From: a virus
DNA: 64,000 bases
IMG/VR virus record: IMGVR_UViG_3300028844_004984
Reading direction: 5' to 3' (one strand)
Below the pieces are notes generated by a model. The model was given only the letters and a program-made list of their open reading frames with translations. It had not been told where the DNA came from and did no database searches. A program made the translations under genes and the position numbers. This document shows, piece by piece, positions 9,691-18,624 of this stretch (positions are counted from its first letter, which is position 1; every line of letters begins with the position of its first letter).

Positions 9691-11900
9691 ATGAATTTCT
9701 TAACGAATTAATCACCATATGGTGGAATGAGGTACGTGGTGAGTTAACAGACCCACTATCTGAAAGTTCCATTAATGGGTTGAGAAAAGTATTGGAAGAA
9801 GAATACGATTTTGATTCTGATGTAATTGAGTACATTATAGAATCAACTGTAAAAACACCTACAAACTTTCACTTAGGTGGTGATAGAACATCGGGTATGG
9901 TTGTCGGTAAAAATGATACTGCGGTATCGGCACATTTACATGATGATGGCGATGATGATGATGAACCATCATATGTATGGGAAGAGGGTGATGAAGAGGA
10001 CGAGAAACGTGCGGAGACTGGTGAAGATAAAGATGATGCAGAAGATGATATTAAACAACATGCATTAACAAAATACGAAAAAGAAAAGATGATGCGTGAG
10101 GTTGTAGAGGGTTTAGGAATCCTTTTATCTGAGGCATCGATTTTTGATTCAAAGTATATGGTTGGTGATAAATTCCTTGCACTAACAAACACATCAGATT
10201 TGTTTACACAAGGATTACCACCCGGCGAAAGCGTACCAAAAGGCCCGTTTACGAAAGCAGCGCCAGTTGATGATGCAATTGAAGTGAATTTGGGTAGCGG
10301 CAAGGTTGTATATGTAACAGATGATGCTGGTGGTAAAACATATGTGATTAAGAGTAGTGCTGCTAAACTCAAATCGATGTTCGGTAAGATGCGTAAGGGT
10401 AAGAAACCAACCGATGTGAATTGGAACACAGATACGTTGGAAACGGCAGCTGCGATGGGATTGTATGTAAATGGTATTGGTGTACTCAAAGAGTTGAATT
10501 CCGCTAAAACCTCTGAAGATTTACCAAAGGTAATTGATTCGGTAAGGGATAGGTTTGAAAAAGCACTATCTATGAGTGGTGAGTATGCAGCACCTAGCAA
10601 TATTTTAAATAAGTTGAGTACAATGCCACTGGGTGATTTCTTTTTGACTGCTCAATTAATGGCGGGTATGACGAAGTTTACACAGGGTGTGATTCCATTC
10701 AAAAAACCATACCTAATCCACAAAAGCATCAGAAATTACTATTCTGCGACAGAACGTTCGGAGTTAGTAGATGGTGTAAAGGATAATACAGCGGATGTAG
10801 TTGTATCAAGTGTGCCTGGCTTAGAGTTGATAGCTGCATTGAACGCTGGTAAAGCTGTGGAGTTTGATTCTAAAGGTGTGTGTTCAGTAAAAGGAACAAA
10901 AATCAAATTCCTACAGGTTTCCCTAAAGAAAGCTAAGGATGAAGCTCAGCTTGGTAAGATATATGGTTTTTTAAAGGATAAATACGGATTACTATCTAAT
11001 GATGATGTAAAATCATTGGCATTAGAGGGTGTACATCTAAATGAGGGGTTATCTGACTTCTTTTCTAGAGGTATGAGCTTTATAAAGGGTATTGGTACTA
11101 AATTAATTGAAAAAATAGGTAAAATCGGTAAGTTACTTAGTGGTTTGTTCAAAAAAATTGAAAAAGGATTTCAAAAATCACCAAAATCAGAAGTTAAGAA
11201 GCTAGAGAAAGAACTAATCAGAGCAGGATTGCACGAAGGTGTACTGAACGAAGCTAAAAAACCATCAATATATGATTCATTCGATGATATCGCCAAAAAT
11301 CAGATATTATTGGATAAGTTGTTAAACAACACCAACTCAAAGCTTACAGAGTTGAACAAAGCAGCTATGAAAAATCCAGCATTTCATTATGATGGGTTCT
11401 CTAAGATTAGTGTAAAAGCACCTACATCAAAAGATAAGGTAGCTAAACTACTTACCAACTTCCAATCTGCCATTGTTATCAAAAATATGTTGGGTGATTT
11501 ATCTGGTGATGCAAAAACCCTATATACTCAGATGGTTGAGCTGGAAAAAGAAATGATATATGGTAAAACCAAACTACCAATCTACAAAGTTTATGGTTTG
11601 AGTAAAGATGGTGGTGGTACTGCATACGAACAATATCCTGGCTCTGAAGAGTTCGTTCAAGAAAAGATTGCTGGTGATTTAAGTGATACTGTGGTATTCT
11701 ACTTAAACACAACAAAGCAAGATGGGTACTTTACTATGAGTGGGTATGGTTTGAATGGCATATCATCAACTACTGGTGAATTAAAGTACTCTAAATTTAG
11801 AATGGGAACAAACGATAGTGGTAGATACAGCTATACATTCGAAGGTACTAAGCAAGTTCCTCTTGGTAAGGTATTAAATGCTTTAAGAAGTAAAGGTTAA
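9687..11900 (+). CDS. Large hypothetical protein, putative PD-(D/E)xK-like nuclease with acidic leader and LxE motifs
   Basis: 'TLETAAA...DNTADVVV...LQVSLKK' restriction-fold-like motif. 'LLSE|A', 'HLNE|G' and 'VLNE|A' are candidate prohead-protease sites. Confidence 0.45.
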   Translation: MNEFLNELITIWWNEVRGELTDPLSESSINGLRKVLEEEYDFDSDVIEYIIESTVKTPTNFHLGGDRTSGMVVGKNDTAVSAHLHDDGDDDDEPSYVWEEGDEEDEKRAETGEDKDDAEDDIKQHALTKYEKEKMMREVVEGLGILLSEASIFDSKYMVGDKFLALTNTSDLFTQGLPPGESVPKGPFTKAAPVDDAIEVNLGSGKVVYVTDDAGGKTYVIKSSAAKLKSMFGKMRKGKKPTDVNWNTDTLETAAAMGLYVNGIGVLKELNSAKTSEDLPKVIDSVRDRFEKALSMSGEYAAPSNILNKLSTMPLGDFFLTAQLMAGMTKFTQGVIPFKKPYLIHKSIRNYYSATERSELVDGVKDNTADVVVSSVPGLELIAALNAGKAVEFDSKGVCSVKGTKIKFLQVSLKKAKDEAQLGKIYGFLKDKYGLLSNDDVKSLALEGVHLNEGLSDFFSRGMSFIKGIGTKLIEKIGKIGKLLSGLFKKIEKGFQKSPKSEVKKLEKELIRAGLHEGVLNEAKKPSIYDSFDDIAKNQILLDKLLNNTNSKLTELNKAAMKNPAFHYDGFSKISVKAPTSKDKVAKLLTNFQSAIVIKNMLGDLSGDAKTLYTQMVELEKEMIYGKTKLPIYKVYGLSKDGGGTAYEQYPGSEEFVQEKIAGDLSDTVVFYLNTTKQDGYFTMSGYGLNGISSTTGELKYSKFRMGTNDSGRYSYTFEGTKQVPLGKVLNALRSKG

Positions 11901-11912
11901 TGGGGAGAATGA

Positions 11913-12302
11913 GTGAGAACGCAATTATTATGTACGTTTACTACAGAGACTGATTTCGAAGAACTTTTAAATCAAATTTTCGATACGTGTGAGTTGTTTA
12001 GTAGAAAAATATTTATTTTAAAGTTAGAACCATCCAAAGAATTGGTGGTTAGTTACAATATAGTACCAAACAGAGATAACAGATTTTTACCAAATAGCAT
12101 TATGGTACACCGAAAAAAAGAATCAAATACAATGTATACGATTAACTCGCTAAATAGGTTAATCAAAGAGTTAAATAGTGGTGTGATTGATAAATCATAT
12201 CAAGTAAATTGGCAAGATTACCGAAACTCTATGATTCTAACCGATGGTGATGGGTATAAGATTATGAAAACAAAGTTATTTAGAATAGTTGATGTAAAAT
12301 GA
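11913..12302 (+). CDS. Hypothetical phage protein
   Basis: 129-aa ORF with GTG start and GGAG upstream, coupled to the next gene. Confidence 0.7.
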   Translation: MRTQLLCTFTTETDFEELLNQIFDTCELFSRKIFILKLEPSKELVVSYNIVPNRDNRFLPNSIMVHRKKESNTMYTINSLNRLIKELNSGVIDKSYQVNWQDYRNSMILTDGDGYKIMKTKLFRIVDVK

Positions 12303-13057
12303 GTACGACAATTGTAAACGCTACCACAGAAGGTGGTAGAACAGATGTAGGTGGTGGTCCTATTTGGATTGGGAATCTTTTATTTTATTTAGATGCTGGA
12401 AATCCCTTTGGTGGGCCTCAAGCTGGAGAAGGTAGTAGCGTCATTAACAACATTGCACCCAAAAGGAGTGCAAATAGATTCCGCCAAACATCAACACTCG
12501 ATAACAATGCACAGGTTTTGAATAATTACTTCAACTTTGATGGTGTAAATGATAGAATCGATATGGAAGCTGAATTCACTATGGATTCTGCGGGTGCTAC
12601 TTTGATGTGGTGGATGGCACCACATAGTGCAACTACAAACTATAATATCGTTGGAAATGGTGAAAATGGTGGAGTTCTTCAAAATATAGAGTTCAGACAA
12701 ACTTTCTTTTATGCTGAAACCAATAACAATTGTGGGTACTATCACTCACCATCTTTTGACCAATGGAATGATAATGAGTGGCATCACGTCGCTGTAACGT
12801 TTAATTCAAATCAAGAAGCAAATTGGTATATAGATGGGGCTGCCATTGGTGAAGCAACTACTTATGGTCAAGTGAACTGTACTGCTACAACATTATCAAA
12901 TTTAGGTGGTTATGATGCTACAATGAGATATTGGGGTTCAGGCGGGTATAGCTCAGATTATAAGGGAAATTTGAACCAAATGATGTTTTATGATACAGAA
13001 CTTACGCTTTTTCAAATAAGCACAAATTACCGAACTCAGAAGTATCGTTATTCTTAA
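12299..13057 (+). CDS. LamG/concanavalin A-like lectin domain protein
   Basis: 'LLFYLDAGNP..FNFDGVND..WHHVAVTF..WYIDG..GNLNQMMFYDTELT..I..NY' LamG pattern. Confidence 0.85.
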   Translation: MSTTIVNATTEGGRTDVGGGPIWIGNLLFYLDAGNPFGGPQAGEGSSVINNIAPKRSANRFRQTSTLDNNAQVLNNYFNFDGVNDRIDMEAEFTMDSAGATLMWWMAPHSATTNYNIVGNGENGGVLQNIEFRQTFFYAETNNNCGYYHSPSFDQWNDNEWHHVAVTFNSNQEANWYIDGAAIGEATTYGQVNCTATTLSNLGGYDATMRYWGSGGYSSDYKGNLNQMMFYDTELTLFQISTNYRTQKYRYS

Positions 13058-13065
13058 CTTTTCTA

Positions 13066-13105
13066 TATTTATACTTGGAAATTAGAAATAATTTTCGTAT
13101 ATTGT
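13066..13105 (+). promoter_or_regulatory. Adjacent putative late motif (TATTTATA) and sigmaA-type promoter
   Basis: TATTTATA at 13066-13073, then CTTG(13074)-N20-TATATTGT(13098-13105). Confidence 0.6.
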
Positions 13106-13107
13106 AA

Positions 13108-13142
13108 CCATATCAACACATGGGATTAAATAGTGGTGTTGA
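13108..13142 (+). promoter_or_regulatory. H-type RNA pseudoknot in the SSB mRNA leader (gene 32-like translational operator)
   Basis: S1 CCAU(13108-11)/AUGG(13120-23); loop1 single A; S2 UCAACAC(13113-19)/GUGUUGA(13136-42); loop2 12 nt. Confidence 0.6.
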
Positions 13143-13162
13143 AAATAAAAAGTGAAATATAA

Positions 13163-13194
13163 TTTGGAAGTTTGAAGAAACTTTCGTATATTTG
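13163..13194 (+). promoter_or_regulatory. sigmaA-type promoter for SSB
   Basis: TTTG-N20-TATATTTG, a perfect consensus match. Confidence 0.8.
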
Positions 13195-13232
13195 TAAAAT
13201 AAATGTTTAACTAATTAAAAAATGGAGTAATT

Positions 13233-14015
13233 ATGGCAATTGATTTAAACGCTATCCGAAACCGTTTGGACAGTCTACAAACGAAAACTACAAAGACTGA
13301 TAATTTATGGAAGCCCAAACCAGGCAAGCAGCAGGTAAGAATCGTACCTTATGTACACAATCCATCAAATCCTTTTATTGAACTATTTTTCCACTACAAC
13401 TTTGGTGGTAAAAATATTCTATCACCACAAACACATGGTGAGGCAGACCCACTTATGGAGTTCGCTGACCAATTGAAATCAACTGGTGATAGAAACGATT
13501 GGAATCTTTCAAAACAACTTACTCCTAAAATGAGAACGTATGTTCCCGTTATTGTAAGAGGTGAAGAATCTGAAGGTGTTAAATTTTGGGGATTCGGTAA
13601 GACTGTGTATCAGGAGTTGCTGGCATTCTTTGCTGATCCTGACTATGGTGATTTGACCGACCCGACCAATGGTAGGGATGTAACTGTTGAGTTCAAAACC
13701 GCTAAAGAGTTAGGTAAGAACTATCCTGAAACTTACATCAGAGTTAAACCAAACCAAACAGCCATCACAGAAGATAAGAATGTTTTGGAATTGGTTAAAG
13801 ACCAGATTGAACTTCCAGGTATGTTTAAAAAATATTCCTACGATGAGATGAAAGGTTTGTTGGAGAAGTGGTTGGAAACTGGACAGGTAGCAGATTCTTC
13901 AGAAGAAGAAGAAACTCAACCAACGCAAACTACTCAAAGTGATGAACCAACTGCAGTATCAAATGCAACTACTGCTGATGTGAAAGACGCATTCGAAGAT
14001 TTATTTAATAGCTAA
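13233..14015 (+). CDS. Single-stranded DNA-binding protein (gp32-like)
   Basis: 'LWKPKPGKQQVRIVP...GVKFWGFGKTVYQELL...DLTDPTNGRDV' plus an acidic tail ending 'FEDLFNS'. Confidence 0.85.
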   Translation: MAIDLNAIRNRLDSLQTKTTKTDNLWKPKPGKQQVRIVPYVHNPSNPFIELFFHYNFGGKNILSPQTHGEADPLMEFADQLKSTGDRNDWNLSKQLTPKMRTYVPVIVRGEESEGVKFWGFGKTVYQELLAFFADPDYGDLTDPTNGRDVTVEFKTAKELGKNYPETYIRVKPNQTAITEDKNVLELVKDQIELPGMFKKYSYDEMKGLLEKWLETGQVADSSEEEETQPTQTTQSDEPTAVSNATTADVKDAFEDLFNS

Positions 14016-14026
14016 TAAGTTAGGAT

Positions 14027-15151
14027 ATGTCCAAAACGAATCGTGATGAATTGTCCTCAATTCTCGCAGATAATCTTAACAAAAAGTTCAAAGGACAATC
14101 GAAAGTAGCTTACTTTCTTGATGGCTCCGAACAGACACCCACCGACCTTACTGAGTGGGTGTCTACCGGAGATGATATGCTAGATTTAGCAATATCAAAT
14201 CGACCAAATGGTGGATTTCCTGTAGGACGCATTGTTGAGGTAACTGGGCTTGAGGCAAGTGGTAAATCTCTACTATCAGCACATACATTGGCTAACACTC
14301 AAAAGAAGGGTGGTTTGGCGGTGTATATTGATACAGAGAACGCAATCAATCAAGAATTCTTAGAAGCATTGGGTGTTGATACTCAAAAGCTACTTTACGT
14401 TCCATTGGAAACTGTAGAGGATATCTTTGATGCAATGGATTCTATCATTGAATCTATTCGTAAATCAGATAAGAATAGGTTGGTAACAATCGTAGTTGAT
14501 TCAGTTGCAGCTGCAACTACAAAGGTGGAGCTATCAGCAGATTATGACCAGGCGGGTTACGCAACCCAAAAGGCAATCATTATCTCTAAAGCAATGAGAA
14601 AGATTACAAATCTTATTGGTAGAGAACGTATCTTAGTAGTATTCACCAATCAGTTACGTGTTAGAATGGGGGTATCGTTTGGTGACCCATATACAACATC
14701 GGGTGGTAAAGCATTGGGTTTCCACGCATCGTGTAGATTGAGAATGAAGCAGATGGGTAAACTTAATTCCAAAGTTGGTGGTGTGGACCAGACAGTTGGT
14801 ATCAAAACCAGAGTTCAGGTCATTAAGAACCGAATGGGACCGCCATTGAGAGCAGTTGATTTTGAAATCTACTTTGATAGGGGTATTGATAGATATGGTT
14901 CGTGGTTGAATACTATGAAAACATATAAGTTGGTACAGACTAGTGGAGCTTGGTATACTTGGGTTGATGAATCAACTGGAGAAGAGATTAAATTCCAAGC
15001 TAAGAATTTCACTAAACTCTTAGAAGATAGACCAGAGGTAAAGGAACAAATGTATAACCAAATCTGTGATGCATATATCTTAGGATACAAAGAAGCATCT
15101 GAAGCAGCAAATACAGATTCAACACAACTTGATGAAGGACACGAAATCTAA
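14027..15151 (+). CDS. recA: RecA/UvsX recombinase
   Basis: Walker A 'GLEASGKS', 'YIDTENA', 'VVDSVAA', 'FTNQLR', 'TTSGGKALGFHASCR'. Confidence 0.95.
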   Translation: MSKTNRDELSSILADNLNKKFKGQSKVAYFLDGSEQTPTDLTEWVSTGDDMLDLAISNRPNGGFPVGRIVEVTGLEASGKSLLSAHTLANTQKKGGLAVYIDTENAINQEFLEALGVDTQKLLYVPLETVEDIFDAMDSIIESIRKSDKNRLVTIVVDSVAAATTKVELSADYDQAGYATQKAIIISKAMRKITNLIGRERILVVFTNQLRVRMGVSFGDPYTTSGGKALGFHASCRLRMKQMGKLNSKVGGVDQTVGIKTRVQVIKNRMGPPLRAVDFEIYFDRGIDRYGSWLNTMKTYKLVQTSGAWYTWVDESTGEEIKFQAKNFTKLLEDRPEVKEQMYNQICDAYILGYKEASEAANTDSTQLDEGHEI

Positions 15152-16172
15152 CTACAGAGAAATGCTAAATAGCTTATCTAATACATCAAGTGGTGATGTT
15201 AACGATAAGGTTATGATTGTAGATGGATTGAATTTGTTCATCAGATGTTTTGGAGCAGTTCCAACTCTGAATGATGATGGAGAGCATGTCGGAGGGGTAA
15301 CAGGTTGTCTGTTATCCCTCGGCGCTCTTATTCGTAAAAACAAACCAACGAGAGTTTTGGTGGTGTTTGATGGTAAGGGTGGTTCGCATCGTAGAAAAAA
15401 GATGTATAAAGGATACAAAGAAGGTAGGACTGGATTAACAAAGGTAAATAGATTGGTTGGGTATGAAGATTTAGAAGACCAAGCAGAATCTATGAAAAAG
15501 AACTTTAATATGTTAATCAAATACTTAGAGTTCTTACCCGTTGATTTGTGTTACATTGATTACATCGAAGCAGATGATATTATGGCCTATGCCGCCAGAC
15601 ATATATTTAAAAAAGAAGTTATGATAATTTCCTCTGATAAAGATTTCTTACAATTGGTGGATGATAGAATATCAGTATATCTACCAACTAAAAAGAAACT
15701 TATGCACAAAGAGGATGTAAAAGAGTTATATGGAGTTCCATCAAAGAACTTAGTATATTATAGAATTTTTGATGGTGATAAATCCGATAATATTCCTGGC
15801 GTAAGGGGCATCGGACCAAAAACACTAATAAACAAATTAGATTTCCTTCAATCGGATGGATTAACATTAGATACCTTATTTGAAAGGGTATCTCAATTGG
15901 ATGATGAAAAACTGAAAAACAAAATATTGGAACATACCGATACTTTGAAATTAAATTACGATTTAATGCAGTTATCAGAACCAATAATGGGTTCAGCGAT
16001 TACATCAAATGTACGAAATATCATTGATACACCAATCAACGGGTTAAATTCTTTTGGATTCAAAAAAGAGTTTATGGTTGATAAACTTTACACTGCGTTT
16101 AAGAATGTAGAAACGTGGTTGGTAAATACTTGGGGTGATTTGGATAGGTATTCAAAACAAACCAAAAAATAA
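15132..16172 (+). CDS. 5'-3' exonuclease / flap endonuclease (T4 RNase H-like)
   Basis: 'IVDGLNL', 'VFDGKGGS..RK..Y..YK', 'EADD', 'SSDKDFLQL', 'GDKSDNIPGVRGIGPKT'. Confidence 0.95.
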   Translation: MKDTKSNYREMLNSLSNTSSGDVNDKVMIVDGLNLFIRCFGAVPTLNDDGEHVGGVTGCLLSLGALIRKNKPTRVLVVFDGKGGSHRRKKMYKGYKEGRTGLTKVNRLVGYEDLEDQAESMKKNFNMLIKYLEFLPVDLCYIDYIEADDIMAYAARHIFKKEVMIISSDKDFLQLVDDRISVYLPTKKKLMHKEDVKELYGVPSKNLVYYRIFDGDKSDNIPGVRGIGPKTLINKLDFLQSDGLTLDTLFERVSQLDDEKLKNKILEHTDTLKLNYDLMQLSEPIMGSAITSNVRNIIDTPINGLNSFGFKKEFMVDKLYTAFKNVETWLVNTWGDLDRYSKQTKK

Positions 16173-16204
16173 TTTGGTAAATACAATAATAATTCGTATA
16201 TTTA
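16173..16204 (+). promoter_or_regulatory. sigmaA-type promoter for the helicase
   Basis: TTTG-N20-TATATTTA. ATG starts 5 nt after its last base. Confidence 0.7.
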
Positions 16205-16208
16205 ATCT

Positions 16209-17567
16209 ATGGATAAACTTGGAAATAAGTTTGGAACAAGCTTTCAGATAAAGATTATATCAGCACTATTATCCGATAGGATATTTTTACAAACGGTGTA
16301 CGATATACTCAAACCTGAGATGTTCGATTCTGAGGCAAATGAGTGGCTTGTAACCAAAACGTTATCACACTTTGATGTATACTCAACGTTACCAACATTA
16401 GATGTATTTAAAAACGAAGTAGATAGGGTTGAGAGGGATGTTCTTAAACAATCTATCGTAGATAACCTAAAGCAAGTTTGGAATCAATTAGAATCTGATG
16501 ATTTAAATTACGTTAAAGAGCAAACCTTAGAGTTCTGTAAGAATCAAACATTTAAGAGTGCTATCTTAGAATCGGTTGGACTGTTAGAAGAAGGGAAGTT
16601 TGATGTAATAAAATCTAAGATTGATTCCGCTATGAAAGCGGGGCAGGATACCGATATTGGACACGAATATAAGGAGAATATCATTGAAAGGTATGAATCT
16701 ACAGTTAGAGATGTAATCTCTTGTGGATGGGATGTGATTGATGAATTGGTAGATGGTGGGTTTGGTAAAGGTGAACTTATTATGTTCGCAGCACCACCGG
16801 GTATTGGTAAATCTTGGGCATTGGTAAATGTTGGAATGGCTGCTGCTAAAAAAGGTAAGACTGTAGTTCACTACACATTGGAGTTGAATGAGGGATACGT
16901 GGGTCAGAGATACGATGCAGTATTAACTGGAACTGCTGTACCTAACCTTAAATTTAATATCGATGATGTACGAACTCAAGTGGAAGGGCTGAGTGGTGAT
17001 ATCATTGTGAAACATTGGCCTACTAAATCTGCTGGATTGAATACTATGAGAGCATCATTAGATAAACTGAAGTTGCAAGGTAAGAATCCTGATGTGATTA
17101 TAGTAGATTACGCTGATTTGTTAAAGGGTAATAGTAGAAAAGAACGACACGAAGAGTTAGAAGAGATTGTAGAGGGATTGAGAGGCATCGCGGGTGAATA
17201 TGAAGTTCCATTATTTACAGCATCTCAAATCAATCGTAGTGGTGCTAATGATGATGTTATTACTGGTACTTCTATAGCTGGCTCATTCTCAAAATTGATG
17301 ACTGCAGATTTTGTAGTTTCATTGAGTAGAAAAATTGAGGATAAGTTAGCTGGAACAGGCAGATGGCACGTTATCAAAAACCGATTTGGACCAGATGGTA
17401 TGACTTTACCTTCAAAAGCTAATATGAGTAATGGTAGAATCAATATATATTCCGATGATTCCATTGATGGTAAACAAGCACAAAGTGATATGTCAAAGGG
17501 GGAGAGTTTGGTAAGAAAGAATTTGTTACAAAAATATAATGATATGAAGGGGGATATTGACTTCTAA
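16209..17567 (+). CDS. Replicative DNA helicase (DnaB/gp41 family)
   Basis: 'APPGIGKS', 'YTLEL', 'IIVDYADLL', 'TASQINR', 'KNRFGPDG'. Confidence 0.95.
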   Translation: MDKLGNKFGTSFQIKIISALLSDRIFLQTVYDILKPEMFDSEANEWLVTKTLSHFDVYSTLPTLDVFKNEVDRVERDVLKQSIVDNLKQVWNQLESDDLNYVKEQTLEFCKNQTFKSAILESVGLLEEGKFDVIKSKIDSAMKAGQDTDIGHEYKENIIERYESTVRDVISCGWDVIDELVDGGFGKGELIMFAAPPGIGKSWALVNVGMAAAKKGKTVVHYTLELNEGYVGQRYDAVLTGTAVPNLKFNIDDVRTQVEGLSGDIIVKHWPTKSAGLNTMRASLDKLKLQGKNPDVIIVDYADLLKGNSRKERHEELEEIVEGLRGIAGEYEVPLFTASQINRSGANDDVITGTSIAGSFSKLMTADFVVSLSRKIEDKLAGTGRWHVIKNRFGPDGMTLPSKANMSNGRINIYSDDSIDGKQAQSDMSKGESLVRKNLLQKYNDMKGDIDF

Positions 17568-17623
17568 CCACTATATATTATCACCCAAATTAACAAAACA
17601 ACATCAGAATAGAAAGACGGAAT

Positions 17624-18619
17624 ATGGCACAATTATTTACAGAAAGAATCGCATTTAAACCATTTGAATACCCAACCTACTACACCGAAGGGTGGTTGAA
17701 ACAAGCACAAGCATTTTGGTTACATACAGAAATCCCAATGCAGGGTGATTTAAAAGATTGGAATGAAAATCTAAATGAATCAGAAAAGAACTTGGTTGGT
17801 AATATCCTATTGGGGTTTGCACAAACTGAATGTGCCGTATCTGATTATTGGACAACAATGGTGACCAAATGGTTTCCTAAGCATGAAATCAAACAAATGG
17901 CGATGATGTTTGGTTCACAAGAAACAATACACGCCACAGCTTACTCATATCTAAACGAATCATTGGGTTTAGAAGATTTTGAGGCTTTCCTACACGAACC
18001 TGCAATTGCAGAAAAATTTGAATTCCTAACCGCTACTTCGGCAGATTGGACTCACGAGGATTTACAGAAAAATCCTATTGCGAGAAAAGAAGTAGCCCGT
18101 TCATTAGCGATATTCTCAGCATTTGCAGAAGGTGTATCTCTATATAGTAGTTTTGCAGTCCTGTATTCCTTTCAGATGAGAAATCTTCTGAAAGGAATCG
18201 GGCAGCAAATGAAATGGAGTGTAAGAGATGAATCGTTACATTCCAAAATGGGGTGTGAATTATTCAGAGAAATGTGTAATGAATATCCTGAACTTCACAG
18301 TGAAGTTAAAGATGATGTTCATCAGGCAGCAACATATATGGTAGAAATGGAACATAAGTTCATTGATATGATATTTGAAATGGGTGATTTAGAGAATCTC
18401 AAATCTAAAGACCTAAAAAACTTTATCTCAAAGCGGGGAAATGAAAAGTTAAAAGAATTGGGATACGATACAACCTTTGAGTACAACAAAAAATCAGCAG
18501 AAGAGTTAGATTGGTTCTATCATCTTACTGGTGGTACTACACATACTGACTTCTTCGCAGTAAGACCTACTGATTACTCTAAGGCGAATGAAGGTGAAGA
18601 TTTTAATGATATTTGGTAA
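17624..18619 (+). CDS. nrdB: Ribonucleotide reductase class Ia beta subunit
   Basis: 'QETIHATAYS', 'EGVSLYSSF', 'RDESLH', 'DFFAVRPTDYSK'. Confidence 0.95.
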   Translation: MAQLFTERIAFKPFEYPTYYTEGWLKQAQAFWLHTEIPMQGDLKDWNENLNESEKNLVGNILLGFAQTECAVSDYWTTMVTKWFPKHEIKQMAMMFGSQETIHATAYSYLNESLGLEDFEAFLHEPAIAEKFEFLTATSADWTHEDLQKNPIARKEVARSLAIFSAFAEGVSLYSSFAVLYSFQMRNLLKGIGQQMKWSVRDESLHSKMGCELFREMCNEYPELHSEVKDDVHQAATYMVEMEHKFIDMIFEMGDLENLKSKDLKNFISKRGNEKLKELGYDTTFEYNKKSAEELDWFYHLTGGTTHTDFFAVRPTDYSKANEGEDFNDIW

Positions 18620-18624
18620 AAGTT

